64,000 nt of DNA, from contig OX597833.1 of the NCBI GenBank assembly GCA_951406725.2, positions 65,968,001 through 66,032,000 of the forward strand, written 5' to 3'. Position 1 is the first letter of the stretch, and each line of letters starts with the position of its first letter. The notes beneath the pieces are model-generated. The model made no database searches. It was not told where the DNA came from and saw only the letters and a program-made list of their open reading frames with translations. Below, in pieces: positions 45,031 to 57,753 of this stretch. This stretch comes from Octopus vulgaris (lineage: Eukaryota). The position numbers were made by a program, and so were the translations under genes.

Positions 45031-45808
45031 TTAACCCCTTGACGCCGGTATTACCTGAAGGTGGCGAATTGGCAGAAACGTTAGCGCGCCGGGCGAAATG
45101 CGTAGCCGTATTTCGTCTGCCGCTACGTTCTGAGTTCAAATTCCGCCGAGGTCAACTTTGCATTTCATACTTTCGGGGTCGATTAAATAAGTACCAGTTT
45201 CGCACTGGCGTCGATTTAATCGACTTTATCCGTTTGTCTGTCCTTGTTTGTCCCTTCTGTGTTTAGCCCCTTGTGGGTAGTAAAGAAATAGGTATTACCT
45301 GCAGCATGCGAGATACTACTCCGGGTTTTTTTTTTATCTAATGAGACCACACAAACACACAAGTGCCAACGAGCTCGCGTCTATTTACGTTCACCGTTAC
45401 AATGACACAGCGTCGTACATTTACGTCTACCGGTTTATCAAAAACGACCTATGTGAAGCTATTTATCATAATATGATATGCACGAGTTATTCTGCTCAAG
45501 TTCAGAAAATAGCTTTCATGTGGTACAACTCAAGACACGGTATTATGCATGTAAAGTATCCACATGTCATTGGTCTACTGCTAGTCTCATGACTTCAACG
45601 TAACCTAAAATAGCTAAGATAATGCACGGGACGGTGAGTGCGCGCACCTAAAGAGATAAAGTACACGATAGCGAACGTAAACATACGTCAGCCGCTTAAA
45701 AATCCGTGATAGATGTAGGGCAGCTCTACATCGTATATTTACGTTAACCGTGGGTAGGCAAGCAAAAGTGTCATCGCATATTTGCGTCAACCGTTATAAA
45801 GGGGTTAA
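45031..45808. mobile_element. Probable piggyBac-type non-autonomous element, interrupted by a SINE
   Basis: TTAA|CCCCTTGACGCCGGT ... ACCGTTATAAAGGGG|TTAA: TTAA TSD, CCC/GGG ends and an imperfect TIR (11 of 15). Confidence 0.55.
45058..45290 (+). mobile_element. SINE family C monomer with 11-bp TSD
   Basis: Head ggtggcgaattggcagaaacgttagc, B-box gagttcaaattcc. TSD ggtattacctg at 45047-45057 and 45291-45301. Confidence 0.92.
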
Positions 45809-45972
45809 GCCTCTTTGATATTTCATCTAGTTGTTATTCCCCCTTCGTTTACTCGGCTTTCAAACTTATACTTAAAGAAATGATAACAATGGTTTTCATG
45901 GTAGCGGTGAAACGTCAGCGCTATCACAATGACTCACTCAGAGTTACTTCCCTTAGCGTTGAAATGCAAAAT

Positions 45973-46365
45973 GGGGAATGGAAGCACTCCGTCGGTTACG
46001 ACGACGAGGGTTCCGGTTGATCCGAATCAACGGAACAGCCTGCTCGTGAAATTAACGTGTAAGTGGTTGAGCACTCCACAGACACGTGTACCCTTAACGT
46101 AGTTCTCGGGGATATTCAGCGTGACACAGAGAGTGACAAGGCCGCCCCTTTGAAATACAGGTACAACAGAAACAGGAAGTAAGAGTGAGAGAAAGTTGTG
46201 GTGAAAGAGTACAGCAGGGATCACCACCATCCCCTGCCGGAGCCTCGTGGAGCTTTTTAGGTGTTTTCGCTCAATAAACACTCAGAACGCCCGGTCTGGG
46301 AATCGAAACCGCGATCCTATGACCGCGAGTCGGCTGCCCTAACAACTGGGCCATTGCGCCTCCAC
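45973..46365 (-). mobile_element. Full-length SINE family B (tRNA-Arg-like head), flanked by 74-bp direct repeats
   Basis: Reverse complement starts gtggaggcgcaatggcccagttgttagggcagccgactcgcggtc...ggtttcgattccc. Flanking repeats are 45891-45964 and 46366-46439. Confidence 0.93.
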
Positions 46366-46961
46366 GGTTTTCATGGCAGCGGTGAAACGTCAGCGCTTTC
46401 ATAATGACTCACTCAGAGTTACTGCCCTTAGCGCTGAAAGGTAAAAATATTGCCTTCAAAAATAAGAACTGGAGTTGATTTGCCCGACGGAAACGTTAAA
46501 ATCTAATGAAAAACAAATAAAAGGATAAAATATGAAAATATATAAATAAAATTCATTATAAGTAAAAGCGGCATAGAAGAGAATTAATGGTAAGATATTA
46601 CAGCGGAGATAAAACCGTGTTCTTTTAAATGGATGGATCATAATAGAACTCGTTAGCTCAATTTAATTGGACGTAAATTAAATGATTTATATAATGAATT
46701 ATCCGATGGCTTACGAAAAATCAAAGGAGCTTTTAAAAGAACATGGTTGATGTGGGCGTTAATTAATTATAGGAAAGAAGAGGTAGAGTAAGGGAGGTAA
46801 TATTTATATTCTTGAGCATTTGAATTATTATGTTTGCCACGATAGAATGGTGGAAGGAAATGAGAGACAAATTATGTAAAGGATGACAGGAAGGTAAAGT
46901 AAGAGATATGTAGAATTAGAAGTTATAATTAAATGTTGTTTATTTAATGTTGTCTAATCGG

Positions 46962-47540
46962 AAGGCGGCGAGCTGGTAGAAACGTTAGCACGCTGGGCGA
47001 AATGCGTAGCCGTATTTCGTATGCCGTTACGTTCTGAGTTCAAATTCCGCCGAGGTCGACTTTGCCTTTCATCCTTTCGGGGTCGATGAATTAAGTAACC
47101 AGTTACGCACTGGGGTCGATATAATTGACTTAATCCGTTTGTCTGTCCTTGTTTGTCCTCTCTGTGTTTAGCCCTTCGTGGGTAGTAAAGAAATAGGTAT
47201 TTCGTCAGTCTACGTTCTGAGTTCAAATTCCGCCGAGGTCGACCTTGCCTTTCATCCTTTCGGGGTCGATTAAATTAAGTACCAGTTACGCACGGGGGTC
47301 GATGTAATCGACTTAACCCGTTTGTCTGTCCTTGTTTGTCCTCTCTATGTTTAGACACTTGTGGGTAATAAAGAAACAGGTATTTCGTCTGTCTTTATGT
47401 TCTGAGTTCAAATGCCGCCGAGGTCGACTTTGCCTTTCATCCTTTCGGGGTCGATAAATCAGTACCAGTTGCGTCCTAGGGTCGATCTAATCGACTGGCC
47501 ACCTCCCCAAACAATTTCGGGCCTAGAGTAGAAAAGAATA
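46962..47540 (+). mobile_element. SINE family C trimer (one head, three bodies) with 12-bp TSD
   Basis: gttctgagttcaaa...gccgaggtcgac.ttgcctttcatcctttcggggtcgat occurs three times. TSD ttgtctaatcgg at 46950-46961 and 47541-47552. Confidence 0.93.
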
Positions 47541-47589
47541 TTGTCTAATCGGGATCGGATTTAGACGAGATTTAATCTTATATCTTTTA

Positions 47590-47798
47590 TCAATTGCTTG
47601 TTCCGGTCATTAGACTGCGGCCATGCTGGGGTACCGCCTTCAACAAATTAATTTTAGTCAAATGAGTCGACCCCTAAAATTACTTTTGTCACGTGAAATA
47701 AAGTGTCTTGCTCAAGGACACAACGCGCCGCTGGGAATCGAAAACTCGACCTTACGATCATGAGACGAATGCCCTAACCACTAAGCCACGCACCTTCA
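47590..47798 (-). mobile_element. Family D head adjoining a family A-type tail (minus strand)
   Basis: 47693-47798 is the reverse of the D head (gtgtcttgctcaaggacacaacgcg...ccactaagccacg). 47590-47675 is the reverse of the A tail (gactgcggccatgctgggg.accgcctt). Confidence 0.75.
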
Positions 47799-47807
47799 TA
47801 TGTGTGT

Positions 47808-48022
47808 GTGTGTTTGTGATTGTACCCCATCACCGCTTGACAACCGGTGCTGGTGTGTTTACGTCCCCGTAACTTAGCGGTTCGGCAACACAGACACCGA
47901 TAGAATAAGTAACAGGCTTGAAAAAGAAAATGAAGTACTGAGGTTGATTCGTTTGACTAAAATTCTTCAAGGCGGTGCCCCAGCATGGCCGCAATCTAAC
48001 GACTGAAACAGATAAAAGAAAA
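47808..48022 (+). mobile_element. SINE family A-type tail
   Basis: gcttgacaaccggtgctggtgtgtttacgtccccgtaacttagcggttcggc...ggcggtgccccagcatggccgca. Confidence 0.85.
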
Positions 48023-48232
48023 TATATGTGTATGTGCGTGCGTGTGCGTACGTGTGTGTGTGTTTGTGTGTGTGTATGTGTTTGTGTGTCGCCACAGACT
48101 TTTTAGACAGTGTTCGGTAAAAATATTAATTATCTTTGCTATCGATGGCGAGTGTAAATACCAAAGCTAAATACACAGATTTGCGAGTGTGTATGTGTGT
48201 ATATGCATGCATGTGTGTGTCTATGCATGTGG

Positions 48233-48305
<73 letters not shown>

Positions 48306-48512
48306 CGGTCGAGTATTTTTATCATTTGACTGTAAGTTCGCCATCAATAATTGGAAAAAGAAAACATCATTTTCTTTTTTCTTGAGCATTCTCGAAAAGA
48401 AATGACGAACTATATTAAAGACAGAACGCCACTCTTGGAATTCTTCTGCAATTTATTTGAAGAACGGAAGAACAAAACAAAACATAAATAATACATATAT
48501 ACATATACATAT

Positions 48513-48570
<58 letters not shown>

Positions 48571-48574
48571 ATAT

Positions 48575-48775
48575 ATATGAAAGCTGTAAAGTCAGTTATA
48601 GTTCTTCAGTTAAGGTGAAGAATATTAAACAGGCCTTGGTATTAAGTATCTTCCCAAGAAATAATCGATTCTAGATATTTTACAGGAACAATGAAGTAAA
48701 GTATAAGAACAATTTTTTTTTAAATAATAATAAATAGCCCAAAAGGGATTTAAAGAGTGAAATTTAAAAACGTAT
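48575..48775 (-). mobile_element. Penelope-like 3' fragment between (TA)n tracts
   Basis: Minus strand reads FKFHSLNPF(frameshift)GL, resembling the PLE GIY-YIG C-terminus, followed downstream by CTGAAGA. Confidence 0.4.
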
Positions 48776-49104
48776 ACATACATATATATCTATAGATATA
48801 TATATATATATATATATACTTAAGTGGCATTTAGTAACAGAACAGGAAGACAAAAATACTCAAGAGAGAGAATATTCGACAATAATTGCTATTTTTCAAA
48901 TGCAACAATATTAAAAAAGAAATTCATTCGAGATCTGATATATTATTTTATCCAAACGGTGGGAGAAAAGAGTAAAGAAATACAAACAATCGTTTCTCGT
49001 GATAACCACATACACGCATGCGCACACGCACGCACATACACTAATACATATATATGTGTATGTATATATATACATATATGTATGCATGTATATATGTGTG
49101 TGTG

Positions 49105-49144
<40 letters not shown>

Positions 49145-49215
49145 TATATATATATACATACATATATATATATATATAGATACCCTTGTGCATATATATG
49201 TGTATATATATATGA

Positions 49216-49302
<87 letters not shown>

Positions 49303-49380
49303 GAGAGAGAGAGAAAGATTTATTATAATCTGGGCAATCACTTGCATTTCAAAGCTCTTGTGTGGTTATCGGCTATCATA

Positions 49381-49722
49381 TGGCTGAGTGCTTAGAGTAT
49401 CGGACTCACAATCACCAGGAAGTGAGTTCGATTCCCAGACCAGGCTGCATGTTGTGTCCTTGAGCAACACACTCTATTTCATGTTGCTCCAGTTCACGCA
49501 CCTGTAGACATGAGTTGTGACGTAACAGGTGCCATGCTTTATCGGCCCCTTTGATTTTTCCCTTGGATAACATCGGTGGCGTGAAGAGGGGAATACTCGT
49601 ATGCATAGGCGACTGCTGGTCTTTGCAGAAAACAACCTTGCGCGGACTCGTGCCCTGGAGGGTAACATTCTAGGTGCAATCCCATGGTCAGTCATGACCG
49701 AAGTAGGTCTTTTTTGGCTTTA
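49381..49722 (+). mobile_element. SINE with D-type head/CORE and a third tail type (E)
   Basis: tggctgagtg...gagttcgattcccag...gttgtgtccttgagcaacac..atttcatgttgctccagt is shared with 9255. The downstream tail is unrelated to tails A and B. Confidence 0.75.
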
Positions 49723-49863
49723 CCATATGCCGACATACAGCCGGATTACTTCTTTTTCTCTGGATATACACGTGAAAATCCTTTATCTTAACAGTTATTG
49801 TAGGCACGCATATAAATACGCGTATACTCAAACGCAAATATACACTCTCACAAAAACAAGCAC

Positions 49864-49911
<48 letters not shown>

Positions 49912-49912
<1 letters not shown>

Positions 49913-50343
49913 CGCAGGAGTGGCTGTGTGGTAAGTGGCTTGTTTACCAGCCACATGTTTCCGGGTTCAGTCCCACTGCGTGGCACCTTGGGCAAGTGTC
50001 TTCTACTATAGCCTCGGGCCGACCAAAGCCTTGTGAGTGGATTTGGTAGACGGAAACTGAAAGAAGCCCGTCATATATATGTATATATATATATGTGTGT
50101 GTGTGTGCGTGTATGTTTGTGTGTCTGTGTTTGTCCCTCTAGCATTGCTTGACAACCGGTGCTGGTGCGTTTATGTCCCCGTCACTTAGCGGTTCGGCAA
50201 AAGAGACCGATAGAATAAGTACTGGGCTTTCAAAGAATAAGTCCCCGGGTCGAGTTGCTCGATTAAAAAAAAGGCGGTGCTCCAGCATGGCCGCAGTCAA
50301 ATGACTGAAACAAGTAAAAGAGTAAAGAGTAAAGAGTAAAGAG
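49912..50343 (+). mobile_element. Full-length SINE family A
   Basis: gcgcaggagtggctgtgtggtaag...ggttcagtccc...gcaccttgggcaagtgtctt...; tail (AAAGAGT)3. Confidence 0.94.
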
Positions 50344-50802
50344 ATATAAGGATAATATCGATATTATCAAGTAGCCAGCATGGGAATAAATACCATACAA
50401 AGGTAATAATTATTTAAAATTATAAATAAGGGTATCTGAGAGATACCACCGTGGTGAAGTCGTTCAATTTTCGGAGGCAAAGGCACTCCCCCAAAACAGC
50501 AATTCTCACAATAAAGTGAGAAAAAAATATTCGCTCCACTGCAGGTAAACCAGAATTTAGAATCCAGTGAGGACTTCTTGCTTGTACAATGAAATTATTG
50601 CCGCAAACAACAACCCCCACATGACCCAAAAAACAAGAGTCATACCTTACAGCGGAGCTTAAAAATTTTTCAATTCAAGATGGCTTCAAAAGCACGTCTT
50701 CATCACTTCTATGTCAAGCACAACACTGATTCGCACATGCGCAGTGGGGAAGCAAGCTTCTTACCACACAGCTACTCCTGCATCTATCTAATTATCTATC
50801 TT

Positions 50803-50855
<53 letters not shown>

Positions 50856-50895
50856 ATGTATGTATGTACATATACATATCTACAAATATGTATTA

Positions 50896-51244
50896 GTGGA
50901 GGCGCAGTGGCCCAGTGGTTAGGGCAGCGGACTCTCGGTCTTAGAATCGTGGTTTCGATTCCCAGACGGGGTGTTGTGAGTGTTTTTTGAGCGGGTGGTG
51001 ACGAACCCTGCTGTACTCTTTCACCACAACTTTCTCTCACTCTTTCTTCCTGTTTCTGTTGTACCTGCATTTCGAAAGGGCCAGCCTTGTCACACTCTGT
51101 GTCACGCTGAATTTCCCCCCGAGAACTACGTTAAGGGTACACGTGTCTGTGGAGTGCTCAGCCACTTGCACGTTAATTTCACGAGCAGGCTGTTCTGTTG
51201 ATCGGATCAACTGGAGCACTCGTCATCGTAACCGACGGAGTACC
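50896..51244 (+). mobile_element. SINE family B with internal deletion
   Basis: Same head and tail as 45973-46365, lacking the aaaacacct...ggctccggcagggg segment. Confidence 0.92.
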
Positions 51245-52122
51245 AAAAGTTCTACAAATATATACATACATATATATACATACATATTTACAAATATATA
51301 TATATATATTCACAAATACACTCACTCACACACACACACACACGTATATATATATATATATATATATTAATGTATGAGGAGATTCAAATATATACGTGTT
51401 ATTATCGTTGTCTTCGACTCCACCTTCTGATTCCTTGCTTTTAGCAATGTATTATTAGACACGTCAACAGTAGAGGACAGAATGGTTTGCCATAAATCTT
51501 TATTAAGAATATAGACGTTTCTACAAATAAGGAGTTGTAAAACAATCTGGTATTTTTCATATGAAAGGAAGATAAATGGTTTTAAATTATCCATCAGATA
51601 TTTGTACTTTTCACCGCTTCTAGAATAGCAATATTATCTTTCCATTTATATCTGATCAAGACAAATTCTGTATATTTTGCTATGACTTGAAACCAATTAG
51701 AGAAATAAACGATACGGGAGAATAAAGAATAAAGAAAAACACAAACGATATAGAAATTTATATATGTGTATACATGTATAAATATGTATGTGTGTATGTA
51801 TATTTATAAATACAATCATATATATATGTGTGTGTGTGTGTGTGTGTATTAATATATATATATATTAATCATATATGAGGAAAGGGTGAGAGAAAACATT
51901 GAATTTGATAATATATATACTGATAACATGATGCTGGCTGAGGTCAGAAGCCAATAATACGAGATCAATTTGATAATTATTATTATCATGAATAGGTTTC
52001 GTACAACAAGCATTACAGATTGAACTCGATGCATCATAGTGTGTGTGTATATTACATGATACGTGTTTGTACGTGCGAGTGTGTATGTGTGTATACATAT
52101 ATATATATACATATATAACATT

Positions 52123-52196
<74 letters not shown>

Positions 52197-52459
52197 CATA
52201 TAACATTTTTATTTATATATATATATATATATGTATGTATATATATATATATATATGGAAAAAGAACAAGAGTTAATAGTTTTCAGTGTATTGAGTCCTA
52301 CAACTGGATATTAACTTTGCTATGCTCTAGTGAAATTATATATGTGTGTGTGTGTTTGAGTGTGTGTGAATGTGTTGTGTATGTATATATGCGGGATATA
52401 TGTTTGAAATACGTGCGTGTATATATATATATGTATGTATATGTGTATGTATATATATA

Positions 52460-52524
<65 letters not shown>

Positions 52525-52664
52525 ATATATATATATACATATATGTATCCATATATACATATGTACATATATATGTGCGTATATGTATATATATATATGC
52601 GCACATATATATGTACATATGTAAATATGGATAGATATATGTATATATATATGTATATATGTAC

Positions 52665-52780
<116 letters not shown>

Positions 52781-53371
52781 GAGTGTGTTTGAGTGAGAGA
52801 GTGTGTGTGTACGTGTATGTGTGTGTGTACATATTCGTGTGCCATGCACTAATTTCCTGATCTCGAATCACATTTATATAACTTTTTGCCAATTATATAT
52901 AATTAAAAATTATCATCATCGCGAATAATTGTATTTTCGCACTGGAAACTAAATTTTCATTTCTTTTTCTCTTTTTTAACTTGTTGCTTTTGTTCCTTTT
53001 AGTATTCGTAGTTTTCAACAGTGAAGCATCTATGAAACCTAAGGTAGTTGACTAAATACGTAGAAGTTCAACTAAAGTCAATCTGATTTTTAAACCAGAT
53101 ATTTATAGAAATTTGGGTCATGGACGATACAATATTTTGAGTAGGCAGTCCTGACTAATATCCGAAATATGAAGTGAACTGGTTGTTGCTAAATCCGTTT
53201 GTTCAATTGATGGACTTCATATAATATCAGATTAGATTGGCCGTACTTCAGTATTGAATACAATAAATATATACAATTGCAATTTAAAGTTTACAATCTA
53301 AATAGGCAATGCTGCGTTTATTTTAAACAATTTTAATAATAGAATATCGATTTATTTTTAATATATTCTGA

Positions 53372-53978
53372 TTGTAGCTGTGTTTTAAGACGCTTGCTTC
53401 TCAAAAACATGGTTCTGTACCACTACGTGATATATTGGGCAAATGTTTGGCCATAGCCTCGGGCCGACCAAAACTGAAACAATCCCGTCGTATATACATA
53501 CGTGTGCGTGTGTTTGTGTGTGTGTCTTTGTCCTCCATAAGGCGGCGAGCTGGCAGAAACGTTAGCACACCGGGAGAAATGCTTAGCGGTATTTCATCTG
53601 CCGTTACGTTCTGAGTTCAAATTCCACCGAGGTCCACTTTGCCTTTCATCCTTTCGGGGTCGATAAATTAAGTACTAGTTACGCACTGGGGTTGATATAA
53701 TCGACTTAATCTGTTTGTCTGTCCTTTTTTGTCCTCCCTGTGTTTAGCCCCTTGTGGGTAATAAAGAAATAGTGTCTTTGTCCTCCACCGCTTGACAACG
53801 ATGTTGGTGTGTTTACGTCCCCGTAACAATCGTTCGACAACCGATAGAATACTTACTAGGCTTCTAAGGATTACGTATTGGGGTCGATTCGTTCGACTAA
53901 AACTTTTCAAGGCGGTGCTTCAGTATGGCTGTGACCTGTTGACTAAAACAAATAAAGAATAAAAGATAAAGAATAAAA
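53372..53978 (+). mobile_element. Old SINE family A copy split by a nested family C insertion
   Basis: Degenerate head 53372-53537 (tagcctcgggccgacca) and tail 53772-53978. Confidence 0.8.
53538..53771 (+). mobile_element. SINE family C monomer with 16-bp TSD
   Basis: TSD gtgtctttgtcctcca at 53522-53537 and 53772-53787. Confidence 0.92.
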
Positions 53979-54857
53979 TATATTTATGATATATATGTGG
54001 TCACTGCTGCTTCTAGTCATCGGAGAAGAAACCTCTCGATTTTAGATCACGTGTGTCCATAACACGGGTGACTCACCTGTGTGAAGAGGTTTTTAAAAAT
54101 TGCGGTGTTTCCACCCCGTTGTGTTTATCCTCAGTCGCGGGTCTTATCAATCTATTAAGAGCCTGAGCTCTTCATTCATAGGAATCTGCAAACAAATTAT
54201 TTTCTGCTGCGCAGATAATAATTTCATAGAGCCTACACAGAAGAGCGACAATCCAAACGATAACGTATCTCTACAATCTTAATACGTTCTGGAAATTTCG
54301 AACGTAAATATCTGATCGTGATTGCTTTTTTGTCATCGAAGAACTCCCCTTACCTTTAGACAATGTGTGTTCATAGCAGACGCGATTCACCGATATTAGT
54401 GGGCTTTTAGGCACCATGCTGTTTCGGCCTCGTTGTGTGTCTCGTCAGTGAAGGCTACCCGCCGGACCGATTAATCTAATGAGTGCACGAGTTCTTGCTG
54501 ACATGAATCAGTATTGAATCTGCCAGAATGCAGGGTAGATTTGAACAAGAGTTCTTCAGGGTAACATTAATTGCATTATGTGTACGTAGATCAAATGCTT
54601 GAAGGTAGACAGATGGCAAGACATTTTACATGTTGAAAGAGAAAAGGAAAGAGAAAAGAGAAAAGAGAAAAAAAAGCCATAGAAGCAGCGACAGAGGAGA
54701 AAAGGAAAGAGAATAAACAACCCGGTAGCAATTGTACACCAAACTGTGCAGACAGGAAATATTGTAGATAGGGAGACAGACAAAGAGATAGATAGATAGA
54801 TAGATCGATAGATAGGTAGAGAGAGAGAGAGAGATAGAGAGGTAGATAGATAGATAA

Positions 54858-54914
<57 letters not shown>

Positions 54915-54968
54915 AAGATAGATAGATCGATAGATAGGTAGAGAGAGAGAGAAAGATAGGTAGGTAGG

Positions 54969-55035
<67 letters not shown>

Positions 55036-55061
55036 GGAGAGAGAGAGAGAGATAGACAGAC

Positions 55062-55096
<35 letters not shown>

Positions 55097-55192
55097 TAGA
55101 GAGAGAGAGAAAGAGAAATATAGATTGACAAATAGATAGACAGATAGAGAGAGGGAGTTAAAACAGTTAGATAGATAGAGAGATAGAGAGAG

Positions 55193-55229
<37 letters not shown>

Positions 55230-55249
55230 CAGATCGATCGATAGGTAGG

Positions 55250-55281
<32 letters not shown>

Positions 55282-55296
55282 GAGATAGAGAGATAG

Positions 55297-55327
<31 letters not shown>

Positions 55328-55991
55328 GACAGATAAGGAGAGAGTTACAGATATAGATGTGTCTATGTATGTATATATTACGTAAGTATGTATGTGTGCG
55401 TGCATGAATACGTGAGTGTGTATAGTTTTCCAGTAATCTGTCAACCTGGCGGGGTTTTTCGTCTGTGCAGCAATTGGTTCGCTGATACTTCCTTGCTGTG
55501 GGGCAAATGTTAAATTATTATGCAATTATTATTGTTTCCAATAGTATTTGACATCAGTGCGGTTGTTGATACTTTGATACTTCCATAACTTTGCCGCGAG
55601 GTAACGTTAGCATCTATTACAATGAATAGAAATGAAACCAACGCACAGATATTGATACCCCGACTTACTACGCACGTAATGATATAGAGATGCTTACAGA
55701 TCGGCATGTTTTATATACAAAGACAGATGCAAGCATATACTTGTATGTGCATGCGTGTGTGTGTGTGTGGCGCGGATGTGTATGTATACATACAAAGATG
55801 TATGGATATACAAACGGGAGAAAATTCGTTCAGTATATACAGGTTTGGTTTATTCGTTTGAATATACGTTCTTACAGGTCGTACATATATCTACATGTAT
55901 GTATATACGTGTGCTTATACGCGAGTTTAGTATATACACGTATACATGCATGTGGGGATATATATATATACACACTTACACACACACACTC

Positions 55992-56035
<44 letters not shown>

Positions 56036-56127
56036 AAAAGACATACAAACATATATTCACATAAATACGGATATGTTTGTGTGTGCCATAGAGTGTATGC
56101 GCGTATGTATTTACATATATACCTATA

Positions 56128-56214
<87 letters not shown>

Positions 56215-57356
56215 GTACACCTATATATATATATACCTATATATTTATATATATATATATGTATACATACATGCATACATAGATACAAACATACATATAT
56301 ACATGCATACATATATACGTGTTTATGTGAATATATATGTACGTATGTCTATCCGCTTGTATGCATGTAAGCATATACGTATAAAAGAATGGCTTCGCAC
56401 ATGGATGGTAAATTTAATTCCATCTACGATAGAATCCCATCGTCTCCAAACATTAGATAAATTAGCTGAACTCTTGTCAATAAATCCGAGGGAAATAGTT
56501 CCATTCGTTCAAGCAACATCAATTTCCGGTTCCATGTGATAAATTCGTTCTCACTTCCGGAATACTATCGTCTGCTGTTGGATTACAAATGATGAAGTTT
56601 GATAGCAGCTTCGTTTCTTGCTGGGCTGGATTTAATCAATTTAATTAAGAATGTTTCACTGTCATAAATAGTCCAGCAAAATGTAATTGACTAAGCGAGG
56701 CTGTAGTAGTGGTGGCGGTGGTGGTGGAGGGGGGGGGGCGAGGCAAGCCAATGGGGGAGCGAGCGCATCCTGTGATCTTTTGACCTGGTAGAAATAGCAG
56801 TCCAATTTCCCTCGTAACATACTATGCGGTCTTGATGAAATGCATGACAATGAAATCTTGGATAGACAAAAGTGTGCCAGGTTTCATAACTGGAATGTAT
56901 TTGATCTTAGTTCCGCATGACCGGAGCTGACCCGCAGTTAATTAACAACAAAACCAACTGCAGCAACAACAACAACAACAGCAACTACTACTACTACTAT
57001 TATTTTTACTACTATTGCTATTACTACTACTACTAATACTACTGCTGCTCTTGCAGCAACAGCGGCCGTTCAAGAATTTGGACCTGGATATCTCCATTTC
57101 CAGCGACTTCGAGGGCCACCTCCCAGTGGATTCGGATGTCAACGAAGAGCCCTCGACTACAGCAAGACGACCAAAGTTTTTTTTTTCCAACCTCTGGGGT
57201 CTCCCGCTCCTAAGCCCTAGACCATCACCTAATCGCCCTTACCCGTCTTGTTGCTTAACAACAACAACAGTAGCAACAACAACAATTACAGCAACGACAA
57301 CTACAGAAACAACCACTGCAATATCAGCAGTAACAACGATAGCAACAGGAACAACA

Positions 57357-57753
57357 GGAGTTGCAATGGCCCAGTGGTTAGGGCAGCGGACTCGCAGTCG
57401 GAGGATCGCGGTTTCGATTCCCAGACCAGGCGTTGTGTGTGTTTATTTGAGCGAAAACACCTAAAGCTCCACGAGGCTCCGATAGGGGGTGGTGGTGACC
57501 CCTGTTGTACTCTTTCGCTCCAACTTTCTCTCCCACTCTTTCTTCCTGTTTCTTGTCCCCGACTTCCTACGCAACCGCTGAGCCTGGATGCGCATTCATC
57601 CATCCGTCGATGCTCTCGGTGTCTGGGGTTGACCTGCTTTCTCTTCTGCGGGTCTTACGAATAGCAAAGGACCACGTTTCGGACTTCTCCCACAGCAGAC
57701 GCGCGATCTCGCGAGTTCTGGAATGAAGACCGCTTCGCTCAACAAACAAACAA
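57357..57753 (+). mobile_element. SINE with family B head and a different tail (F), flanked by ~87-bp direct repeats
   Basis: Head matches family B to ...tcttcctgtttct (~57553), then an unrelated tail ending (ACAA)n. Flanks 57270-57356 and 57754-57843 are diverged direct repeats. Confidence 0.85.

Noticed and set aside
50345-50670. Possible degraded Penelope GIY-YIG remnant
   Set aside because: Only vague motif resemblance with many stops; cannot be supported by eye.
50896-50970. tRNA-like sequences (also 9272, 44529, 46290, 57357)
   Set aside because: They have A/B boxes but continue into SINE bodies and lack a proper acceptor stem, so they are SINE heads, not tRNA genes.
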